The position numbers and the translations under genes were made by a program. From Botryllus schlosseri (lineage: Eukaryota): a stretch of DNA of 64,000 nucleotides. How positions within the stretch are numbered: position 1 is the stretch's first letter; each line of letters begins with the position of its first letter. The DNA lies in NCBI GenBank assembly GCA_051294905.1, contig CM119377.1, forward strand, positions 29,450,001 through 29,514,000, given 5' to 3'. This document shows positions 53,401 to 64,000 of the stretch, piece after piece. The notes under the pieces were generated by a model. The model was not told the origin of the DNA. It saw only the letters and a program-made list of their open reading frames with translations, and made no database searches.

Positions 53401-54540
53401 AGTCAGGGTTAGTTGAGCCAACCAGACAGTAAGTGAATTGTGATTGTTGAGGTGGTACGCCATGTGCACGGCGTACGCAGGTATGGCTATCTCCAACGTT
53501 TTCATGCTCATTGTCAATTCAGTGACCATATCGTGCTGTTGTGAGGCAATTTCCAAAGTGAAGTCGCCCATTTCTGAACAGGTGTTGGGATGAGAACAGC
53601 AGAAGTCACACCAATTTTCAGGAAATTGTACATGATCATCCTTTTTATGCGTTAACCATGTCTTCATATTTTCAAAATATCTTGTATTTATATGCTTTAA
53701 CTTTTAATTATCTGTAAAGCTGAAGGACCGTGTCTTTTCTTAGAGACGTTTTGAATCAGTAACATTCGTCTGTATACTTTCCACATAACTTCATTGAGCT
53801 TAGTGGTTGCCATTGTTTGATTAGAGTTACTGCGATGTCCTGTGTCTATGCTACCTGGGCATATATGTCTAATATTCGATGTCGATATGGTACATGCTTG
53901 TATTATTACTGCGACTCCACTTGTGCCCACGATATTACGTTTATCAGAACCATTACCTTACCTATTTCGGCAATTTCAGTATAGCTGTAGGAGCGAAAAC
54001 ATTGATTTGGTCGTCTAGTTCTTTCCGAATCCAATATGGTAGGTCGTAAACGTTTTTAGGCGCATCTCAATGCAGAGTACCTAACGACTCGTATATACCT
54101 TCTTGGTTTATCCATCGATATCCAACATCTATATCCATGCATTAATTTGGATCCAGTTTCCATTAATTAAATTAAATTGATTTATTCGATTTGTGGAAAG
54201 CGAAAGTTTAGACACAGTCATAGTGTAGCATATCATAGCAGGATGTGAATTGTCGATTCCAGGTTAGCGTTCCAGTTTTAGGTATTTGGATAAGGAGTGA
54301 TCTAATATTCCATACCAAACCTTTATTTGTGTTTTTTATCCTTACGGGAGGGTCGGTCTACTTTGTGCGAGTCGACAATGCCGGTAATGTACACATGGAA
54401 AGGGTTATTGTGTTTTTATCCTGGATGTTTTTGCATCATATACACCGACCCATGCTGTCCATGCACACGATCTGTGCATGAGCCGCAGGACAAGGAAGTT
54501 GAATAAATGACCTTTTAAGGCTTTCTAAGTCTTGTACCAC

Positions 54541-54690
54541 CCCTCCATGCTATCTTAGTAATGCTGAGCGATAAGCGGGGAAGTCAGGGATCCCAGTGTT
54601 GCTAATTTAGTCTTTGGTCTGACGTGGCCGGGTATTGAATTTAACCCCCGACCTACCGATCAAGAAACCGAACGCTTCACCATTGCGCCA
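54541..54690 (-). mobile_element. tRNA-derived SINE, same head and core as 24893
   Basis: On the minus strand: A box TGGCGCAATGG, degenerate B box, GTCAGACCAAAGAC and CGCTCAGCATT..GATAGCATGGAGG shared with copy 1. Confidence 0.72.
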
Positions 54691-55336
54691 TATCGTGTCA
54701 TGCACATAGTACAATGTACAGTGTACAGTACAGTCATTGATCTGCAGAGGTGGTCAGACTCATCGACAAAGGTACTTACGTAGAAGTAGAACTAACAACG
54801 TTGAAATTCTGCTCAAGTACGCGTGGAAGTAACGGTTTTTGGGACTTCTCCAAACTACTTCAAGTAGAAGTAGAATATCCGTGCTTCGAATACTACTCAC
54901 GTGAGTACGTAGTTTTGGAAAGGTCACCAATACGCTCTGAGTGTTCGAATAATGAAAGGGTTTCAGGTATAATCAAGTTAGTTGCCGGCATTGATGCTAC
55001 TCAAGTAGGAAATCGAATGTCTTGAGTAAAATTTCACGTCACTACTTGTATTTGAGCTTGAGTAGCTTTGTTGACTAATTTGACCTCTTCTCGGGACTAG
55101 TGATTGTGAATGGGTGCAACTTTATTATAGCCTGCATAGCCGACATGCGCAAAGTAGACGGACCTTTTCGCTTGTACCTCGACTGTGTGACTTTGTAGCC
55201 TAATACACCCCCATTTTATCGGTATGTTTGATGAGGAACTGATATGACCACGAAATGAAGCTTATTGTTATTGTATCTACAGGAGTTGTATGCTTTATAT
55301 AATTTGTATAATCGAGAAGTATTTGTAGCGTACAGC

Positions 55337-58300
55337 ATGCAGCGTGTGGATGTGGAGACAGTCACGGAACATCAGGTGAAATCAATGAAGTACGCGTAAT
55401 GCCATGCCTATTAACCGTTCGGTATATTTTTGTTGCAGGACATCTCTGGGATATTTGATCAGGTCAGCGGTTAGCTCTTGAATAATTTAATGTACCTTGT
55501 CCTGCAAGCACCTAATCGAGTAACCGAACGCTAGTAATTTTAATGGATCGATCATGCGTTTGAGTACAGTCTACTCTAATCCGTTATTGCCAAGTCGAAT
55601 TGATCAGTCAATGCGACATGGACGTCGGTCTTTACTATTATATTCAATTTTCTGATCCTACTTTGTACAATTGAAGAATATATTGATATTGAAATAAACC
55701 CGAATATATTCGGCTGACACTCGTCAGGGGTAATCGCCAGCAACTCGTAGAAAATTGGAATGAACATTTTATATCAGCAATCGTATCACAAAATATGACG
55801 TTACCGGCATGAAATGTCGAATAATCGGGGTGAAGAGAACACTTAAGCTGAAGTACTAATTTTCAATGGCACTCAACCAACAAACCAGGTTGGCGTGTGT
55901 TGACAAAAGTCGACTCCAAAGCACAAAAATGAAAGTCTAAACGGCCTCTCCCTACGACGCGAAATCAGTCGTCTCGGTCATTTTTCGCACAGACAAATAC
56001 ATTTCTTGTAATCTCGTAATATTGCGAAAGAGGTTCTGCAAGACTGCTCTCGGTCGATAGCTATTATCTATTTAATCGTATCAGGTCAGGTCAAGCGTAA
56101 CCGTAAAATACCCGGTACTTTTTCCATTCCTTACTCAATGTCAACCCTTCGCTATCCCATGGGACTATTCGGAAGTTGCGTGACGTTTAATGCGTTGATA
56201 TTTTACCGCAGTATGCAGGGAGCGATGGGAGAATCGCAGTGTCATCGTTCGCCGACATCGTCGAAAAATACAGAACCACACTTTCAGAGAACACCATCGC
56301 GAAGTTATTGTTATATGCGGACAAAAACAGAGACGGTTACATCACGAAGGAGGAATTGAGTAGATTGGTAAGGAAAATCACTAACACTAGAGTTTAGTAT
56401 TTTGTGTGGTCTTGGGTACCAGTCCAATCTCTAGAGGGCTTCTTGGAGGTACAGAACTTCAATATACAATTGAATCATACATTGAACTTCAATCTCCATC
56501 ACGCATTCGAGACCAAATAATGAAGTTCACACATTTTGAAGTAGCCTACGCTGTTACCCCGAGATGGTCAGTAACGAAGTACTTGTAAGTATTCCGAGTA
56601 ATCACGTTGCTTTTTTGTACTTGCATCACTAGCTCAAGTGATTGTACTTTTACTATTTCCACTTCTCCTTGAACAGTCTTGTAAGCAAAACTCCATACTT
56701 TTTCGCATCTGAGTTTTGTAAAAGAAGAAAATAGTACTTGGGATAATTTAACACGACTTATACGGTCGCAATTATTGCAAACCGCGTGACATAACCACTG
56801 TATCACGGTATCCGAATATATTTTAAAACATTTTACGTAATTGTAGTGCCGTTATAGTCACGTTTAAGAAGTCGCAAAGATACAAATTGCAATTTCGTAG
56901 TGGCCCCTTACCCTAATTGCTTTAGCGACTTTTTCGGCCAAATCTACGTTTTATCACTTTTTCATTGATTACTTTGAAACCTTCCATTTTTAATTCCACT
57001 TGAACTAGGTTTGGCATATATCCGAGATTTCTACTTGTACTGTAAATTGATTACAAATAGAAGTAGCTAATTCTACCGGAGCATCAGCGCTGACTATTCT
57101 AACCACTACTGGGATGACCCAACGTTTCGGTAGGGAAAATCAGCTCTCCGTGTCTACAGCAATCCGAAAATGCGCGAGACGTAGCAAAAAAGACGGGAGT
57201 GTCCGTATCCGAGCTGGGAACCTTCAACAAAGGCATTAAAGCAGTCGGTAACTTCGTATTGACGAACGAAGAGGACAAAAAAGTCTACTACCAGCATTAT
57301 TCATGCCTGCCACCGCCGTTTTTTATGATTTTCGTCAGCATCGCTGAGGTAATGTAATTTATGTATCGAAACCACTCGAGAAATAAAGTGACACTTGATT
57401 GCAACATGACATTACAATTTGATTAAGAATCTAGGCTACTCCTTGAATTGGAAAATCAGTCATACACCTATCGCTTTGAAACCAATTCGGCAATCTTTCT
57501 GATATTTGGAAACAAGGTGTTTCGTTGCACATTCTAACTTTGGTGAAAATTAAACGTTTTTCTGACTTTCATGGGATTTAATGACTTTTTAAACTGACAG
57601 TTTTCAGTGAATTGGCTTTTTCTTGCTGCTCTTTATAGATTCTAATTACCCCAGAGTTCCAGATGAAGGGCATTTTCTTAACCCAACACGGGTTATTCTT
57701 AGGAAAAACTGCTCTTTTTTTATAATTCCAAAACTTGCAAATTTTTCACTTTGATTAATTCAAATTCGACTACGTCGCTGAGTGGTGAGTGTGGGTACTA
57801 CTTTTGAAAATAACAACAAGCGTCAACGCAAAATGACGATAATATATATTTTTTCCTTGGCATAGCGCGTATTTCACTCAGTTGTTATAATAATTTCAGG
57901 TAGATTTAGTAGATCAATGTAAAAAAATACCCACTACTTTACAAAAGTCCTAATACAAAAACTAATAAGCTTCGCGTTAAAATCATAACCGCTCGAGTAA
58001 GTACTAAAATTATGGCAAAACCTGCTTGAGAACCGGGAAAAAGTAGACGTAATTCGTTACTGGCTACCTTCGATTATAAGGCGATGATAAATTGTATCGT
58101 CGAAAACACAGCGTGATTATTTAATATATACGCGATTATGTCTCGTTTGTAGTCAATACGCTTATATTATGATGTCTCAGTCCCCGAATCAGTTGATTAA
58201 TATAGTTGGTACGTTTTGATTCTGACCGGTTTAAAATGATCTCCGTGCCGAAGACAATGTATTTGCTAAAAGTCCGATCTAATATCGTGCAGGTTGCAGT

Positions 58301-61300
58301 TTACATCTACTATGGAGTAACTCTAGGCGAGTGGATGACCTACCACTACGATCTTTTAAAAAGTCCACTTGTATTTGATCCGGAATACAGAAATCAAGCG
58401 TGGAGATTTGCGTCTTATATGCTCGTTCATGCCGGGTGAGTAAATTGATGCTATTTGCTCAGACTTGCCCAAACTAACAACCTATAGTTAGTTGGCGATC
58501 AACTATCAACAACTATTGGATTTTAGTAGTTATAGTTCAAGTTGAAAAAACAGTTAGTTACCGTACATCTAAAACACACGTGTCGTCGCGTGTCGTGAAT
58601 CGTTATACCGGTGTTCCGTCATCACAACTAACAGTGGCATAGCCCGGGGTGAGTTTTGGGGTTCGACCCCACGCCCCCATCTTGAACTCGATACCCTGCC
58701 CATGCCCATTCTATCTCCAATATTTCTTATCTCAATTGCGATTCAGTATTTCGTCTTATCAGTGCTGATTTGTTTCGGAATTGAATCTAGTTAGTTGTGG
58801 ATTTTTGAAGGTCGATATTCTAGTTTTAGTTCTATTTAGGTGTCCCGAAAATCCAGTAGTTTATACCAGTGCTCTTCAACCTTTTTCGACGTGGTACACC
58901 CTTTTGATGTTTGCTCGAAACTCGTACACCCCTGTTCATATAAAACACACAAGTCGGTAATGGGCCTTATTATCATAAGGATTAGCAAGCTATAGGAGCT
59001 TCTAAATACTAATTAGCGGACAAGATTACCGTACTATCTAATATGTCGATATAGAGCGTCCACATTCGCACGCTATGATAAGATTACAGCGAGCTCCGAT
59101 GTACTGTCAATTCGCGAGTTCGAGATCTCCAGGTAATACGCAACGTATTCACTATTCGCCAACGCCCTGGCCCAGGCATTAGCGGTTGTCAATCACTACA
59201 TTTCGCGAACAAATAAGTACACCGGCGGAGTATTTTCACGAATCAAAATTTCCAAGTCTGTTCTGCAATTCCGGCAACTTCAGATGATTCAGATATTTCC
59301 CATCTTTTGATATCTCGACCCTTGACACTCCTATTCTGATCTCTATGTTTTAGTAATAGCTCAAATCAAGTACAGGATTCGGAGCGAGAGTGGGCAAAGC
59401 TACCTGCTACAGAAGCGGTAATTCAGACCAGAGATGATAGCAGACACACCAGCCTACTGCGTATCAGGCCTGCCCCACACACAGTTGATAGTAGCACGCG
59501 GGCTGCAAGAGATGTCAGTAATCTCAGATCGTATGCCGCTATACACAGTCGATTGTCGCTAATTTGCATCACCAATAACAAAATACTAAATTGCAATAGT
59601 ACGGCGAAATATTGGACATTAAGTCGGCATTTTAAAACAATAGGGTTTCGATTTCAACATGGAAGCTGTTTCGTCCCTGGCTGGCTACGTCACTTCATTT
59701 ATGTGCATTGCGGTATTTATTAACGTCGGGTAGGAAAGGAAGTACCGATTCAAGAAGTCTGAGCTATAGCGGCGGTTTCCTCAAGAATCACTAAAAGACA
59801 AATCGCTAGCTGAACACATGCTTGTTAACCGCATCCTTTCCAATACCAAACGGAACCATTGGTCCATTGCCGACGGCTAAATGAATAGGAGAAATATTTG
59901 CTTATGACATCACAATCTAGCGGTGTACAGTATTACCCTTGAGATAAACATCGTCCCATATTGCTCATTAACCTGTGCGTTAACCTGTACTGACGCATAA
60001 ACCTGACTTTGTGATAGCTAGTCATCGGCTCATTGTAATTCAGATCCGGTACACCCCTTTACACCCCATCCAAGTGGTACACCCTTTGCAAATTCTGGTA
60101 CACCCAGGGTGTACGAAAACCCCGGTTGGAGAGCACTGGTTTATCCACTCTGGATTTACCGCATGACCTGTTTACAGCTGCACAGACGTTGCGTGTAATA
60201 TTGCGAATGGCGCGCCAGCATTTAGATGTTGGTTGTTCACATTTTTGCTCTGGCAGGCTCGAACATGTCGGATTCAATGTACTTCTTCAACTCATTCTCG
60301 GAGTACCGTTGGAAATGGTGCACGGGCCCATCAGACTTGGAGCGATCTACATGGCTGGAGTAGTCGCCGGTAAGTATAAGTGTTGTTGATATCGCCTGAT
60401 TAATTAACATAGGAATGTAGCTTTGCATCTATACCATAATAATTTATGCGACTATTATGTGCTCCGTTGGTGTCCGGAACATTCACAATAAATGAGTTTA
60501 CGCCTATTGGTGGAATTACATTTCGTTTACCTATGAACAGCGACCAGGGGTAGTCGAAGCAGTCAGTAGTGCTACACAAGTAGAAGTAGAAGTAATGCTG
60601 TAACAAGTACAGGGTAATACAGTACAATTACAGTAGTGTTTTGCAACATATGCTAAAACTACTTAAAGTGCGCCAATGCACTTACAGAATCACTGTCGTT
60701 AGCAGACTCCTTGAACAACTAGAACAACTAGAAGCTGATTAGCAATCAAGCGCTGCAGTTTCACGATTTCTAGTCTTCTCGCCGTTCTATGGCGGCTGAG
60801 ACGCCCACTGTTTGGCAGCTACTTTCAAACGGTTTGCGCGAAATCTTAATGGTGTTTTTGTGAGTTTCTTCTAGGCTCATTTATGTTTTCATCAAAATAA
60901 TCTACAGAATGACACATTACAACGCAATATATTTTAGATTTTACCACATCTAGAAACATTTCCATCAATGTGAAATGCTATGAACACTTAACGCACATTG
61001 CCAATACCAATACCCACAAACCAGCATGTTCGCGTACATCCAACATAGTTATCTAATCTATGTTTCACAAATAAATTGACTTGGCAAGGTAAATAATAAT
61101 AATAATTGATTCCGTTGCCTTTTGTATCATGTGTAATAAACATTTCCCCTGAGAGAAATCCTTTATCTTACAGGCTCGCTCGCTTCGTCTATTTTTGATC
61201 CGTGCACTGTGCTAGTGGGCGCCAGCGGAGGCGTGTACGCCATGTTTACTGCGCATCTCGCCAACGTGATACTGGTGAGTTAATCACTTGAACCTTTCGA

Positions 61301-63038
61301 TGCAGACTTGCACAAACTACTTGATTTTAAAAATGCACGATTAGAACTAAAACTAGAACTTGAAAGAATCACTTTTTAGACCTGCAGCTAAAACTACAAC
61401 TATAACGACTACTAAAAATCCGCAACCATCTAACTAAAACACAATCAACTAATAACTGATAATACGAATTACTGAATTGGAAATGAGCTACTAAATATTG
61501 GATACAAAATCGGCATTTCAAAAGGACGCTGTTTCGAGTTTGAAATGGACGTCTCCCGTCCCCCAAAACCCGCCCCTAGCTACGCCACTGTTGGTAGTGA
61601 TGACTTTGAGCTATATAGAAATGGCCGCAAGAACATCGCACAACAGAACGTATGTATCATGATTCAAGCCAAACGACGACACATGCGTTGTCTCGTTCTT
61701 CGGCAGTCAATTATTTTTAAAATCCGCAATTAGACTTAGAACTGGAACTATACTCACATTCAAAATCCGCAACTAGAACTAGTTAAAAAATGCTGTAGTT
61801 AGTTGTCCGTTAACTAACTAGATTGCTAGTTTGCACAAATCTACTTCGATGAACCAAGCATGTCAAAGAAATATTAAATTTGTTTCTATAGAACGGCGAT
61901 GTCATGCACAAAATCTCCAGCCTCGTGCGGACTGTGTTCGTGCTCTTCATACGTAAGTATCCCTACAATGCTGCAAGTATTAGTTTATTAATTTGTGTCC
62001 GGATTAGCTGTGTGATATGGATTTTGTCCTAGCATCACATCGCCTAATTGTTCAGGTCCATTGATCCTTAATGCTGATAAATCTAAACATATGCCATAAG
62101 ATTACGAAATAGTGTGATCGAATCCAATCTCCTTAGCGCCATATTATCGCACCAGTTTATATTAAAATCACTACTGACTGCAATTCAATCCATAACGATC
62201 TTTCTAGAACGATATCTTGTTCACCAATTATCAGAGGATGTGTTCTGCAAGATACGGTAATCTACCTTATACTGTAAATCAGGGCTGGTCACTAACGAAG
62301 TACTGCATATACTTAGGGTTAGCCTATTTTAAGATTCCAAAAAGAGGACACTTTTTCAGGTTACAAAAAGAGACGTAAAATGGGAAATTTATACAGACAC
62401 CGCTGATCGACCAGTGGGTTGACTAAAAAGTGATTCCACGAGCCAAGTAGTGGGAGATGATGTTTTAGAGATTCTTGCCAGTGGCAGTTAATGTTCAGCG
62501 GGAATTATAGTTTCGATAATCTTTTCCACTGTGGAATCCCTGAAACTTCGATTGGTCGTATCGCCACATACGAAACGTGTAGTACAAAGCGTCGCATGTT
62601 AATGGAAATGACATATCTGAATAGTTGTGATCGACAGAGTATTTTCACTAAGGTTATCGGAAAAAATATCATTTACAACTTGGTATATAACTGGCATTAT
62701 ATTCTTTGTGTCCGATAATTATCATCGATATGAGTGATTTATGTATAGTGGTTCGTAATAATGTACAATTCCTAATCTCAGTGTGCTTCGATTTCGGATA
62801 CTCCATTTATAGAAGATTCGATTCCTCCGCGTCCGGCGCCAAAGTGTCGTTCGTGGCGCACGTTGCGGGCGCCCTGGCCGGTCTCAGCGTGGGTCTAATT
62901 GTGTTGAAAAATTTCAAGAAATCACTCACCGACAAAGTCGTGTTCTGGGTGGCAGTAGTGGCTTATATATGCTTGATGATATTTGCTATCTTGTGGAATA
63001 TATTCTGGCCTGGGTACGAAAACTGTGGTTTTTGGTAA
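55337..63038 (+). CDS. RHBDL: Rhomboid intramembrane serine protease with N-terminal EF-hand region (RHBDL1/RHBDL3-like), 9 coding exons, 360 aa
   Basis: Exons 55337-55375, 55439-55462, 56212-56367 (EF loop [12 protein letters not shown]), 57160-57348 ([11 protein letters not shown]), 58293-58435 ([14 protein letters not shown]), 60257-60369 ([17 protein letters not shown]), 61174-61274 (catalytic GASGG), 61892-61952, 62782-63038 (catalytic AHVAG). Phases are consistent; total 1083 nt. The first two small exons are less certain. Confidence 0.93.
58867..60138. mobile_element. Non-autonomous hAT element (1.27 kb), TIR CAGTGCTCTYCAACC
   Basis: TSD GTTTATAC/GTTTATCC and subterminal GTACACCC repeats. 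No transposase ORF seen. Confidence 0.85.
61303..61843. mobile_element. hAT-type MITE, TIR CAGACTTGCACAAACTA (CTAGAA-rich family)
   Basis: TSD TTTCGATG/CTTCGATG. Other copies lie at ~42365-42934, ~47130-47654, ~58460-60152 (interrupted) and as a fragment at ~9388-9480. Confidence 0.8.
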
Positions 63039-63588
63039 CGAAATTTTTTAATATTATTTTTCACTTTATTTTTGTGTAGCAATATGTTTCGCTTTTCGCG
63101 CGTACTACAGTCATCATTTTGTTTAAATCATGGTACGGTCGTATTTTCCAAGTGACGCATATTTCCTTTCTGTATGTGCATTCATTAAATAGACATTTCA
63201 TGCTGGTCTGTTCGGGTCTTTGATGGGTTGCGCAAACAGCAGAAAATATTATGGCCACAGTTGGGCAACGATAGAAAATTTTCAGATGCGCCAAATTAGA
63301 TTAACATAGAATTACTGAATTCGCAAATGAAATTCAAATCGAGTTTATTCTCATGAGTATGAGAATGGCCGATGTCTGCACAACAAACTTGACTCGTGTG
63401 CATAATAACGTTCTCCTGTATCATTTTTCAGAAAAGTAGAAATTCTGTTAGAATTAAAATAAGAGCTTTTGTCAGTCTTATTAAAATAAATGAAGTATCT
63501 GATTATAACAAATTGCTTACGATTGAGTTAGTTAGTTCAGTACGACCGTCGACCAATGTCTGAGTGGTAATAGGCTAAAGATGAAGAT

Positions 63589-63632
63589 GCATATAGCATA
63601 AAGCATATAGCATATAGCATATAGCATATAGC
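63589..63632. repeat. (GCATATA)n heptamer microsatellite
   Basis: About six consecutive units, one imperfect. Confidence 0.85.
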
Positions 63633-63799
63633 TTGTCAAATTATTATCGGTGTAACTCACCCGCTAAATTACAGCATAGAAGTCCTGACGTTAGTACAGC
63701 AATGTCAAGAAGTAACGCAAACATTTTTCGGTTCATCGTAGCATTTTGTAGATCGTCATTTGCCCAAGTCAACTCATATCATTTCGGAGAATGTGAAAT

Positions 63800-63890
63800 G
63801 AAAATGACTCGACTCGAGTCGAGTCGAAACCATAAAAGCGGGAATGGTTTGTGATTCGAGACCTTGTGACTTGGTTACGACCTTGAGGAT
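63800..63890. repeat. GACTCGACTCGAGTC-type repeat fragment
   Basis: Aligns by eye with 12550-12650 (shared ACCTTGTGACTTG). A related element lies at ~11420-11790. Confidence 0.55.
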
Positions 63891-64000
63891 TTCCATGATG
63901 TGTAAAATCCACTAAGTCAGTTGTTTTCAGAGATGGTCATTAACAAGTGGGCCTACTTCTACTATTTTGGGGGCGTTTTTCCGTCATGTACTATACTTTA

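Overview
Eukaryotic, intron-containing, AT-rich DNA. An invertebrate deuterostome such as an ascidian is my inference from the gene set and the ~45-63 nt minimal introns. Two genes are reconstructed exon by exon with consistent phases: a discoidin domain receptor tyrosine kinase (DDR, + strand, 19 coding exons, 30464-48587, 897 aa) and an EF-hand rhomboid serine protease of the RHBDL1/3 type (+ strand, 9 coding exons, 55337-63038, 360 aa). The left half holds one probable and one possible uncharacterised spliced minus-strand gene (10092-13184; 16280 to ~22940) plus weaker coding remnants. Much of the non-coding DNA is short non-autonomous transposons: hAT MITEs with verified 8-bp TSDs, a TTAA Kolobok-like element, a TA-flanked pogo-like MITE, a 600-bp fold-back with a 7-bp TSD, a decayed Chapaev3-like transposase, two tRNA-derived SINEs, a palindrome-forming family and a ~300-bp intron-filling unit. 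I see no CRISPR, rRNA or true tRNA gene, and no convincing multi-gene novel system. The best leads are the orphan genes, a Trp-to-His change in the DDR collagen pocket, the palindromic repeat deletion series, and MITE-dispersed CRE sites.
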